Shown here piece by piece: positions 1 through 11,945 of a stretch of 64,000 nucleotides of DNA. The stretch is from NCBI GenBank assembly GCA_964252035.1, contig OZ176203.1, one strand, 5' to 3'. The DNA is from Podarcis erhardii (taxonomy: Eukaryota). The notes under the pieces were generated by a model. That model was not told the DNA's origin, ran no database searches, and saw only the letters and a program-made list of their open reading frames with translations. Position numbers and translations under genes: made by a program. The stretch's first letter is position 1. Every line of letters starts with the position of its first letter.

Positions 1-923
1 GGGGACAACGCTGGCTTCCCACATGTGGACATGCTGGGGGAAAGTTGAACTCACAAAGTTCTGCCTATGTATCCATCTGCTGCTGACTTGTGAACATGCC
101 AAAGTGTAAAATATTGTTTCTAGATAAAAGTTAAGGTGGGAAATAGGTAAACAGAGATTGCTCAGAGAAATTAGGCTGAGATATTGCATTCTGCTCTCAT
201 GCCAGTACTGAGCAAGAGGAAGGCTGCTTGTGGAAAATGAGGCCCTGTTTTTGTGTGTTTCCACGAATATGCACATACGCAATGTATTACCTGTATAGAT
301 TTCCTGTTTCCAGCATAATAGTCTCTCTGTTATGAACTCACTGAGGAATCCCCTGCTTCATCCTAAATATATGAGTTCCAGGCCTGATTCTGACAGGAGA
401 GTGCCTCCAGAGGAATATGCAGCGGGATTTGCATGTGCTTTACAGACAAAAACAGAAATAAAGAGAAACCATCTGTGCAACTCAAAAAATGTTCATTATT
501 GTTTTTTGAAAATTGTTTCCTCGTTGCCTCATACTTATGCTTCTCCTCTTTCCTCATCTCCTCTGATTCAGTATGTTCTTGAAACAGCTCTTGCATTCCC
601 TACTCCCTTCAACATCAACAATATTGCAACATAAAAAACGTTTCTTTTATAAAGAGCTGTGGAAAATGTCCTTTAAAGCTCAGAAAAATTAATACTATCT
701 GCTAATTTCTGCAGTTCCTCCCAGTCAAGTTCTTACTCTCCCCCCCATCCTCTTCTTCATTCTCCAAGAAGGAGCGAAGTCAGCTCTGAATTGCATAATG
801 CAATTGCAGTGTTAGTATAATATCTACATTAATGGCTAGAAGGTAATCTGCCATTTCCTTTTCTTTAATCACATGAATACAAACACATGTGTGTGCATTG
901 GTCCTACACATTTCTACTTGTGA

Positions 924-973
924 GAAAGTCTCACTGAGTTCAGTAGCGCTTACTTCCATGCAAACATCTATGG
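924..973. repeat. Short dispersed semi-palindromic repeat (AAGTCYCAYTGARYTCAGT-type), degraded
   Basis: AAGTCTCACTGAGTTCAGTAGCGCTTACTTCC...AAACA aligns by eye with the copy at 36163-36228. Recalled as an abundant lizard short repeat; family not assigned. Confidence 0.45.
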
Positions 974-2843
974 AATTCCAAACAAAGCCACTTTAGTACT
1001 GTGAATCCCCAGATCAACAGAATCTCTCTCTGTTTTTTTAATCTCCTTGTTTTACTGGTGCGTGGGTATTTTCCTAATAAAGGTATAAGCAAACAGGATC
1101 ACTATAAGCATAAATGTTTCTCAGCCAGTTCCTTGTTTTGAGTGCAAGGAGAAAAAGTACCTGCCTTTTCAAAGATCACGTTCAACATCTAAGGGCTCAC
1201 ATTTCCAGTTGTAGTAGCACTGGATTTGGAGCATGTAAAGCAATGTGAGAACTTGCCCTTGTGTAGCAGCTAATTGAAGTCCTCTTGACATATGCCAGAA
1301 CTGGAGTACAGTGCCGGATGGTAAAGATAGAAGGTGTTAGCCACAGCCATGGTACACTGTCTTGAGTTGAAGGTACTCTGTACTGTTCTTGGCAGAGCTA
1401 TCCAGATGTGCATGAGTGTGCATGCAAGGGAACTGTTTCTACAGTCCTTTATATATACCTGCACATTACTATTCTCTCTCACCATCAATCTTAGTAGAGT
1501 CATAAAATTCACCTTAGAGAAAATAACTATACTTCAAAAAAGGAAGAATTTACCTTAAAGAATATATATATATATCAAAAAATGCAAGCACCTGCTGTGG
1601 TTCAGCAACATAGGTTAAGATCTTGATGAAGGACTCATTCCTAAAAAAGAAAAATGTTCTTTCCCAGAGCCAGGTGCTAGCTTCTCCAGTATGGTTGATT
1701 TATTGGAAGAGGAGTGCTACATACAACACATTGAAGCAAATGTGAGCTCTGTGACAGGTCTAATCTCTGCTCAGTTGAGTTCTGTGCTGAGATTACCATG
1801 TGCATTCCTGACTCTGAGAAGATGATGTTTCTTCTGCATCCCTGGCTCAAGCCAGGTGCCATTTTGCTGGATCCATCCATGACTTGCTCTGCTTTAGTTC
1901 TTCTCAAATTCTGGGTTGTTGATGCTCCCGCTGAGTCTCCTTTCATGCATCAGTAAATGTTATCATATTTCAGAGTATAAGACTACAAGTCTTGCAATGA
2001 GCTTGCCAGCTAAAGAGCCTAGGGATTCAGATAGATATTTGAATTAGATTTGCTCGTGTGAGATTTGTAGAGGGCCATAGGATTTATTGAGGAGTTTGCA
2101 TATTGATTGTCTGAATTGTGGCTGCCAGCTACTGCAGTTCAAAGCACTTAATTTAGCATGGGCTTGGACTCTCTGTTCTCCCAGTGCATCATGTCCACCT
2201 GTGCCTGCATTTTCTGGCCTGTACTCTCCTCTTGTTCTTAGGTTTCATATTTGCTTTTATTATTCTAATTTATTGAGTTAGTGAGAGCTTTTTGCCAGCA
2301 TCTAAGCCATTTACAAGAATTGCAGTTATTGTGTTCCACTGTGCTATATATTGAAGGTTTCTGGTTTAATTTAGTGGAACTTAAAATCCATTGAAAGGGA
2401 AATTAAAATATTAACATATTGTAGATGGCTAAGTTGATTAAAATACTGGTGGTGCCTATGTTTATTAGAGTACATTGGTGGAAAGAATTATTGAATCAGC
2501 TTTTCAGCAGAGTGCTTTGCAAACATTTAGTGAATTAAGCTTCACAGAGCCACCTTGTCAGGTTGTCCACATTCACCTTTGTCATTTTATGGATGTGAGA
2601 AGGATCTGAGGTATGGTTATTAGTCAACAGCACATTCCAGCCACAAGTGCCATTGCCCAAGCATGGTCACATGTTGCGTTACTAACGATGGTATTGGCAT
2701 CCTGCTAAGGAGCATAAAATATATCATCACATAACCAAAATACAAAGAAAAGGTGATTTTATTACAAACAAGATACCTGATGCAACATTTTAACAAACTA
2801 AAGACCTATAGGCAAAGATTTAGCAGATTAATTCAAGCCAATA

Positions 2844-3092
2844 CAGTCATACCTCATGTTGCATTAGGTTCACGTTACGTCTTTTCGGCTTGCGAACGCG
2901 ACAAACCTAGAACTGTATACTTCTGGGTTTCGCTGCGTACACATGCGCAGAAGCATTCTGTGTGCTTACCACATGTGCAGAAGCGCTCTATTGCACAGAA
3001 TGCTTGTGCAGAAGCACCACTCTAGTTGCGGACTTTTCAGGGTGTGAACGGAACCTCGCAATGGATCGTGCCCGCAACTAGAGGTACCACTG
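2844..3092. mobile_element. Tigger/pogo-like MITE (Tc1/mariner superfamily), 249 bp
   Basis: TA at 2842-43 and 3093-94. Left end CAGTCATACCTCATGTTGC versus reverse complement of right end CAGTGGTACCTCTAGTTGC. Internal inverted repeat GCAGAAGCATTCTGTG / CACAGAATGCTTGTGC. Confidence 0.8.
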
Positions 3093-3265
3093 TATGTAGA
3101 ATTCCCCTCTTCCTCTCTCCAAATTTCTCTTTCTACTGTTCCTTGAGTTTTGATGACTCTTGGGGATTATCAAGTGCAGGCCCTGAGATGATTTCTGTCC
3201 TTTTAAGAGTTTAACATACAGCCTTCCCATTATTAGTAGCATTATTATTTATAAACTGCTTATTA

Positions 3266-3460
3266 TGCAATGGTTAGCCTGTTGAGCTGTCACCTGGGAG
3301 ACCAGGGTTCAAATCCCCATTCAGTCATGAAGTTCACTAGGTGACCTTGAGCCAGTCACTGACTGTCAGCCTGACCTACCTCACAGGGTTGTTGTGGGAA
3401 TTTTATGAAGAGAGGGAGAGCCTCACATTGAGTTTGTTGGCGAAAAAGGTGGGGCAAACG
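3266..3460 (+). mobile_element. tRNA-derived SINE, Squam3-like, diverged
   Basis: A-box-like TGCAATGGTTAG and B-box GGGTTCAAATCCC, then GGTGACCTTGAGCCAGTCAC...CCTACCTCACAGGGTTGTTGTG. The body is homologous to the copy at 55072-55323. Confidence 0.7.
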
Positions 3461-3597
3461 GATAATTTCACAATACCAAAGTTTTATGCAAAATGCAAAA
3501 AACAACAACAACCAAAACCATAAAATAAAATGAATGATAAAAATCACTTAACAGAGGCTAACACTATATATGGCTGCAATCAGATCTGAAGACTTGA

Positions 3598-3770
3598 TGT
3601 CTTGGACTGACTGGATGCAGAAGATTGGTGGGAGACACCAGCTGGGGAACCCCCAAAGGAAGAAGGCTCAGAGCCAGAGGATTGGTGGTACGACAATGAT
3701 GAGTGGTCAGAGGCAGAAGAGAGAGCAGACTGGGAGGAGGAGGTGTCAGAAGCTGAAGAGGTAACAGTCG
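3598..3770 (+). repeat. Purine-rich fragment of an unclassified, possibly LTR-derived, lizard interspersed repeat
   Basis: Begins TGTC..GGACTG and carries GAGGAGGAGGTGTCAGAAGCTGAAGAGGTAACAG, which I recall as a recurrent lacertid repeat. No TSD or second end found. Confidence 0.3.
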
Positions 3771-6700
3771 CTGTGCTCACTAGGCCTGGCATCCTGAGCT
3801 GTTTTGTTTCTTTGAATAGAGTTAGCTTCAATGGCACCAAGCGAGTTATTGCTGACCTGCTCCTGGCACCCACCCTGACACTTGTCTGAACAAAAATGTA
3901 CTGAGCAAGTATTGAAGGCCTTGCATTTTTGATGCTGCTCTGATACCAAAAGGGAAAGAGGTCCAGGGGGCTTGTGTTGCAGCACCAGAGGTCCTGTTCT
4001 GGGTGATCATGGAGTGGACCTCAGGAACATGTGGCAACACTAAAAAGGCCCCTCTGGTCATGAGGACCATAGACTCTGCACAGGGCTCATCCACACTTCT
4101 GCTTGCCCCATGCCTAGAAAGCCCTTCTCCTTTCCTAGGGAAAACCTGCTCTTTAGTGCTAAATTGGAGCCAACTTCCATCTGGAGAAAACCTGAATTGC
4201 TGTTTGCTCCAGAGCATTAAAGAGTAGCTTTCCCTGGGACAAGAGGAAGTGTGGAAGATCCCTTAGCCATCAGTTGTTTAGGACAACTTCCTGTTTAGTA
4301 ACAGGAAAAACCTTAAACCGTGTCCAGGAGCATATTGACAGCTAGTGCAGTTCCTTTAGCAGTGGTGTGTTCTGCACCAACTGCAACTTCCAAACCAGTC
4401 ATAAGGGCAGCAACACACTCCCATTTACTCTGCTTGCTTCCAGTGCACTCCCAACACTGCCTAGTAGGTTGGCTTATTCCCTTTTTAAAAACAAAAAACA
4501 AGAGCCTAGCCTTTGCCTCATTTGGCAACAATGCATTTTCAAATACGGAAAGGAGTCTTCAGTTGTTTTCTGTCTTCTTGGATCCATTCAGATAAGTTTG
4601 GCACAGGGAATATCACTCTGTGAAACTGAAATTGGAACTACTTAATTTGGTTTTCCTTGTAATACATATTCTGGTTCAGATCTGCAATCTTGGCCTGTTC
4701 ACAGATTCAGCTGTAGGGAAAGTGGCTCAGATAGTCTGCTTTGCATCAAGGTGGAACATGCAGGTGAAGGTTGGAACTGATATACATATGGCATAGCAAG
4801 AAGTTTTAAAGTGTTGGCTCTAGCAAGGGTGTGTGTGTTGAAGTGAGGGGTGCGAGTTGGAAGATTCTGGCAGCAAAATGTCTGGACTGGAACTTAGGAC
4901 AGCTCACTACAACATGCTTTGAAAAATAATGTACTTAGAGATTTCTATCCCTTCCCATACTGAGGAATATTAGGGGTAGATGGGAATCAAGCATTCATAA
5001 AATAAGCCACATATTTTCCAGGCTTCTGTTTATATTTTTCACTCTGCCTTCCCATGTTTTGGACTTCATCTATTTTAGGTGATCCCTGTTACTGCCATTG
5101 TCACAGCTTTGATATTGCTCCTCTCTTGATGTGTGAGATACTTTATGGACAAGTTATTATGAGACAAAATACTAAAACAGTTGTGAGATCTCCTTTTACA
5201 TAGACTAAAAATGTAACAAGAATTATCAAGGATGCCCTGATACAAGATACATTAGATGACTTTTGATACACTTTTTCTGTTTATGTTTTATGAAGAACAA
5301 CAATTCTAGTGCTTTGAAACAGATTTGTATAATAACAGTGTGTCCTTGGGGGAAAAAAATCTCATTCTTACAAAATCTATTGTTTTTCTGTAAACATGCC
5401 CTCTTTTTCTCCCTTCCTTTCTCTCTGTGTCCTCAGCACTCCAAAATATTATACAGGGCCCTTAATTAGACACGTTCCTACTATTTATTACCATTTTAAA
5501 GGGTAAGTGGTTAATGGCTTGCGATTGAAAATGCCTTGTAATTAATTATTAACTCAACAGGTCTGACTGCTTTTCTAACCTACCTTGTCTCCAGTGCAAT
5601 CGTACTGTATGTATACGCTAATTCTGAGTAGTTAGATGATAGGGGAAAGGACCTTGGAGGTAGTTCAGCCAATTAAATCAGGTTGCCACAGAGAGTTGCC
5701 GAATGACTACCTTTTATTACAAGACAATGCTGCTTATTTCATATCGCACTTTTAAAAATAAAAACAACAATTAAATATTGAGAAGTATCCTAGGTTGTAC
5801 AAATGGAAGACTGGGACTTCAAGGGGGCAGGGGGAATCACCCAGAACTGGACAAAGTAATCTTTCGACAACAAAGTAAAATAACAAAAATATGGTGTCAG
5901 CATCTGCAGCAACTGCCCAGCCCTGCACCAAAAATGCAAGAACTGGCCCCGTCTTTTGCTTTCCCGGAACAAGTGCAGCAGGGCAGGATGAGTGTGTAGT
6001 GGGATATTGCATGAAGTGCTTTGGCAGAAACACCCAATGAAACAACCTACCATATTTCCAAGCTTCTAGCTGATATCACCTGTTAGTGAACAACAGGAAA
6101 CAATTTTAAAATCAGCCCCTGCAGTAGGGGATGGTGGGGTGGGGTTGCACCACTAACTTGTTCCACTCACTTCAGCTGTATCACTGCTGCCTACTGGGAT
6201 GGAGAGGATGTGGGTCAAGCAGCAGTGAGGTTGGTGTTGTTCAAACACACCAGCAGAGCTAATTCAGCACTCTTGCCAGAATGTTTGCACCTTGCCAACT
6301 TCACCACTGCCCTGCTACTCCCTGTTCTGGAATGCAGAAGTGTAGCAGGTTATAATCTGGGGTAGTTTTGACTATTATTGCAATTGAACTCCGGAGTTTT
6401 TGTGCTCCTAAAGAGCAAATACAGCTCTGTCTTGAATAAGGAAATTGCACAATAAGTGAATAGAGTCCAACTTTCAGCCCAGAAAAGATGGTATGTTTCA
6501 GTAATTTAATCAACTGTTATTTAATTAATTTTAATGAAAAATTTAAGACAACTACAAGTTTTTCCTCTGTGTTAGCTGTGTTTCCTGATGCATGAACATG
6601 GTTTTTCCAAAGCTAGAATCCCAACTTCTGAAATAAGCCTTGGGGACTTGAGACTGCTCTCCAGTTTCAGCCTGTTTAATTTAATTTTTTTTTAAGGGAA

Positions 6701-7384
6701 AGCCCTTGTGAGTAATAAAACCTGAACCTGCAGTCTATAAATCAGTCACAAAATCCAGTCCCTTGAACACAATGGGATTACTGGGGAGTAAGCAGCTTCT
6801 GGGCTGTGACTCAAATGCCTTCTTTGCAGATGGTCAGCCCTTGATTCTCTCCAACTTGTCAGAACTGATGGATTAGGTTGCAAAGTCACTGGGCTATATA
6901 GTTACTGGCAGCCTGATCTAATACATCTAGTTTAGCTGCAGGGTTGCAAATAGTGAATTAAATAAATTAAAGCAGCATCCTATGACTGACAAGCAGAATA
7001 GTTCTAGCCAGCTTTGCTTGCTGCCAGTGTAATGTTCCTTCCCTGCTTCCAGAACTTTCAGGGAAGCTGCATGCAGGGCTTTTTTTCAGCCAGAACTCAC
7101 TGGAATTGAGTTCCTGCACCTCTTTGGTGCGTTCCAGCAACTCTGTAGCATTGCAGAACAGTGATACATTGCTTGGGGTCTGCATGTCAGAGGCTGTGGG
7201 TGGCATGGCAATCAGTGCTGTGCACCCCTAAAAAAAAGGTAAAGAAGATCTGGCACCTCTTTTTCTTATAAAAAACAACAACAAAAACCCCTGGCTTCAT
7301 GCCTAGGTTCTCTTCATCTCCACCTCAGCAATTTTATTTGTGCAGCAAGCCATGGTGCCATCAAAGTCTCATTTAGTGGGTACC

Positions 7385-7510
7385 TGAGAAAGCGCCTTCT
7401 CTGTTGCTGCACCTAGGCATTACAACACTTTGCTCCAGGAGACCCATTTGGATCCTTTTCTGATGGCATTTAGACACTTAGTGAACGTTCTCATATTCAG
7501 GCTTTTTGGA
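7385..7510 (+). mobile_element. Degraded L2 LINE 3' ORF2 fragment
   Basis: GCCTTCTCTGTTGCTGCACCTAGG...CAGGCTTTT resembles the L2 C-terminal RAFSxxAPxLWNxLP...KTxLF coding region. Heavily mutated. Confidence 0.4.
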
Positions 7511-7741
7511 TTCTGGTCTGTTTGGAGTTGTAGCCTGTTATTGACTAAGTCTCTACAGTTTTCAAGCTTGAGACGAAATCCTCATTAAGGAAAACACATC
7601 TTAGAGCAGCAGCAGGAGGATCACAGATACTATTTATCATCGATGCACATTCATTTGAAGCCTACATGCATGTGATTTTACGCATGTAGGGCTCTCTCCA
7701 CATGCAACTAGCAAAAGGCATGCGGAAGACATGCACACATA

Positions 7742-8182
7742 CCGTATTTTTCGCCCTATAGGACACACTTTCCCCCCTCCAAAAATGAAGGGGAAATGTG
7801 TGTGCGTCCTATGGGGCGAATGCAGGCTTTCGGTGAAGCCTGGAGAGCGAGAGGGGTCGCTGCACACCGACCCCTCTCACTCTCCAGGCTTCGCGGACCT
7901 CTCCACAAGTAGCGGGAGCGCTCCCTCTGCTTGTGGAGAGTTGCCTGCGTGCTGAAGCCTGCGCGCACTGAGATCAGCGCGTCCAGGCTTTGCGGACCTC
8001 TCAGCAAGCAGCGGGAGCCAGCGCTGGGCTCCCACAGCTTGCAGAGAGCTGCCTGTTTGGGGGCTGGGGTCAGGGGAAGCTCGGGCGGGCTGGGGGGGAA
8101 ATAATTTTTTTCCCTTTATTTCCCCCCCAAAAACCTAGGTGTGCCTTATGGGACGGTGCGTCCTATAGGGCGAAAAATACGG
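7742..8182. mobile_element. Tc2/pogo-type non-autonomous DNA transposon (MITE), 441 bp, young
   Basis: Perfect 23-bp TIR CCGTATTTTTCGCCCTATAGGAC (27 bp with one CpG-type mismatch). TA at 7740-41 and 8183-84. Subterminal inverted TIR copy near 7800-7822; CpG-rich interior. Confidence 0.92.
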
Positions 8183-11100
8183 TACATATCTATTGGGTCT
8201 GTATAGAAGTTCAAAGACCTGCCTAGGACAGAAGAGGGGCTGCTGTTGTGATCTCATGTGCTCCCCCTGCCCATGTGTGTCCAGTGTGCAGAGAACAGAA
8301 GTCTGAAAGTGGCTATGTTGTTACAGGACAACTTGAGAGTGGGAACGAAACGTTTCTTTTAGCTCAAAAGGAAAGCTTTGGTTTAATTAGCACCTTGTCC
8401 AACCAAGACAGTGGGCTTTTATTTATGTATGGTGAGATTTGTGCTATATTAACTTAGGCAGTGCACAGGATATAAGGGCAACGGGTCAGCTCATGCTGGT
8501 GCTACCTTTCAATAATAATTTGAAAAAAGCAAATGCCAATGAATAATTAAAAATATACGGAGAAAGCTTTGTTCACACACTGCCTCTACCTCTGGGCCCT
8601 GCCTCAATCCCCAGCAGTAATAATCTACTGATTGCAGGAGTTGAACATTTGATCTGATCTTACTGCTCTGTCCTTCCTGGTGGCACCCCATACATCCCTT
8701 TTCCATGGCTTCTTGCCTCACCTCCTCTGGCTATTGGCTCAGCAGCACTACTTCCCTTTGTTTGGGACCTCTTCGCTGACCCGCAGCATCTGGGCCATCA
8801 TTTATTGTTGTTTGTTTATGACTTCTATTTCCTTCCTGCAAATGGCTGTCGTGAATCAGCATTGTGTCCCCCATGCCAGCCTGATGGATGTCTATGCATC
8901 TGGGTCTAGGCCCTGGTACAGCAACCAAGTGACTCTTCCTTTGTGTGCTCCATGGCTGTGTGCAAATCATTTCATCCTTCTGTGCCTTAGTCGCTCTGCT
9001 CTTCAATGTGGAGGTAGAAATATATTTGCAAAGATTTTGGGCTGCTAGAAAGTATTATTCCCTCCCCCCTCCAAAAAAAAATGTTTCCTTTCTGTTTATT
9101 ACTTTTTAATCACGCTATTCCGCCTTCTTTCATTTCTCCCCACTGGGGATTACAAGGCTTTGTTGTTTTTGAGGGGGAGAATGTGGTGAGTTGTTGTCTG
9201 TGTGTTTTTTTAAATCCAAACAGGGGCTTGAAGAAAAGTAGGGAGCTGTGATAACTTGCTGACTGTAATCTTTATGGTAATACTTTAGTGAATTTCTTTT
9301 CTTTTCTTTTGCACTCGTCATTGTGGCAGGAGAAAGACTGGTGTGGTGCCGCGATGATCAGGGTGGAGAGAAAAAGAGGGAGTTGCAGAGAGGATTAGAA
9401 GGTTAAGATAGGATTAGAGGGTCAGAATTTTTAAAAAGGAGAAGCGTGAAAGAAAGAGGTAAAGAAAAGTGAGAAAATGAAGTGTGGTGTTTATGTCGGT
9501 AAATTGAAAATTCGACTGCAGAGTGCTCAAATACAGTAGATTGGGGAAAGCAGCTTTTATTTTCCTAAGACAGGCTGACGGTTTTTCAAGGGATAACCTG
9601 CTGGAGTTAACTCACCAGTCCTCTGGATGGTTTTCATGAATAAAATAACATCTGCTTTCTGACACCTCTTGGAAGGATACCTCCCCCCCCCCCTTGGTAG
9701 GTTCACTTGGGCACAAGTCAAACTGGTTAGTGTGAGGGCTATTCACTGGAAGGTGCTAATTTGTATGGATGGCATGGTCAAAATGGCAGTAAGTACAAGG
9801 GATACATGACCAAATAAATCAACTTAATGAAAGCATCAGAATGAATGTAGGCAAGGCAGGAAATGTTGTTGCTAGGCTGATGGAGAGAGGGAGTGGGACC
9901 AGCAATGGTTGGTCATGTGCCATAAGAGCATTTCAGGACGCATTGGAATGTTCCAGTTCATATCACCATATCTCTCAGGTTCTGCATCCATAGTTTACTG
10001 TGAATGAGCAGTATAGGCACCAGTAAACTGCTTCAAAGTTCTGAAGTCTGGCTTGTCGTGTTGTCAGAATGCAGGCTTGTGGTTTGTTCCCCCTCAAGCA
10101 AACCATGATTGCTGCTCCTAGTTTATTTGGAGGAAAGCAAACCATGAGCCGAGTTTCAGATGACTTAACAAGCTATATTGTGACTTGTTTTGTCTGCAGT
10201 GCAGCAGGAGCAGAGGACAAGCATCATAGATTTTTTTGTGCGTCCTGTTCATTCACATTTAACCATTGTTTGTTTTTAACTATGGTTTCATGTGATATGT
10301 AAACCAGCCCTGCCTCTCCTCACACTTGTCTTTTCAACTCTCACTCCAATTGATTTTATGTTCCTTTTTTCACAGATTAATACTTATGGAGGGATACATA
10401 TGAAAACCAATTCCCTTGTAGAAATGCAAAACCCATGTAGGATTTTCCAGGAAAAAAATGAATAAACAGGATACTATGCAACTCCTAGTGTTGCAAAATC
10501 TATGTGGGTATTTTGTTCCTGCATAAAGTATTTTAAACCATATTACTTCAATGGGGGGTTGGAGGTAATTGGCCCTCTGTTTCTAAAATGATTTATAGAA
10601 TTATCGGTCTTGGGAAATAAAATTGGTTAGAATCCATGGAAAACAAGAATTTGTGGCTACATGCAGCTTCTGTCCAGTAGTTAAAATCTCTAGAGTGGCT
10701 TATGGGCTTTGTGTGATTTTCTGTCTGCACCCAGACAGCCAGACTTAATTTTGTTTTATTTGCATGTAATAATAAGCTGCTTTTCCTCCACTTTAAGTCA
10801 CGAATTATCAGACTATCAAAACCTTCCAGCAAGCTAAATATGTCATTCTGATCAAATCCAGGCCAGCAAATCTGAATGGCTGTCGAGCGTGCCAGTCTCA
10901 GGGCAGGGCAAGAATAACTGGAATATACACATGGGTGGGAAACATTTTGATATATTTCACCAGGGGCCACAGAAGACATTTCTGATATTATGTGAACATT
11001 CAGATGAATGCCCAAGCTGCCTTGGCTGTGTATTTGTCTTTAATTATTAAACCAGGACAGGTAATTCATAGCCCTTGAGGTCTTTATTTTATTTTCTGAC

Positions 11101-11867
11101 AGCAGAATTAATGTACGCATGACTGTGTGGTAAGTTAGGTTCCAAGTGTGGAAGAACATAAACAGATGGAAACTAGGTGGAGGGAGATTAAAGCACAAGG
11201 GTGAAAGAAAAAGAAACCAGTTTTGAAGGCATTTTAAAGGGAAAACTATTCAATTGGTGTTTGTTTGTAGAACAATATGTTGCAAGGGGGGGGGTTAATA
11301 TCCAAAATGCCACTAAGAAACCTGATTGATCCAATAGGAATCTTCAACTTTGTGGTCAATCACTTTGTCATTTTCATGGAACTCTGCCACATACTAATCT
11401 ATATGAGAGTAGTTACCAAAGAATATTTTTGCACCCTATTCTGAGACCTAGAAGAAAGCACAGGAAGCCTTGTGCTGCTTCCCTTCCAGATTATCTTGAC
11501 TAGGGCAGGAATCAGTGTTGGAGATCAATGGGCAACTATCTATTTTGCTTTTGATTTCATTTATACCTTTCCTCATTGGCTCAGGGCGCGTAACCTCATA
11601 GTAAAATATAAACACCCAATTGTCATTGATCAAGTCTGCATCTTGCCCTGGCATTGCTTATTGATGGCCACCAAAAGCCAATTTTAATAAATGTATTTAA
11701 CTGGTTTTGGAAGATGCCCAGACTTGGATTTTGGTGAGTCTCCAGTTGAAGGGAATTCCACAGTGGAGGGGCTTTTTTCCAAAGAGCATGTTTAAGAATG
11801 CATTGAGCAATGCAGCAACACTAAGCAGGGTGTGGTATGGTTTCAAATTGGATAGGGAACCACATGC

Positions 11868-11945
11868 TGAGATTCCTCCATTGCAGGGATTTGGACTAGA
11901 TGACCCCTGGAGTCCCTTCAAACTCCACAGTTCTATGATTCTATG
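11868..11945 (+). mobile_element. CR1 LINE 3' end
   Basis: GGACTAGATGACCCCTGGAGTCCCTTCAAACTC followed by the CR1 octamer tail TTCTATGATTCTATG. Confidence 0.75.

Noticed and set aside
1668-1741. Possible plus-strand coding exon (CCCAG|...AAAT|GTGAGC; EPGASFSSMVDLLEEECYIQHIEAN)
   Set aside because: Short polypyrimidine tract, no protein family I recognise, and no compatible neighbouring exons. Needs a BLAST or RNA-seq check.
9616-9637. MKTIQ start resembling the N-terminus of mammalian neurotrimin
   Set aside because: Only 5 residues match; the rest of the signal-peptide exon is absent. Treated as coincidence, so no gene symbol is assigned.
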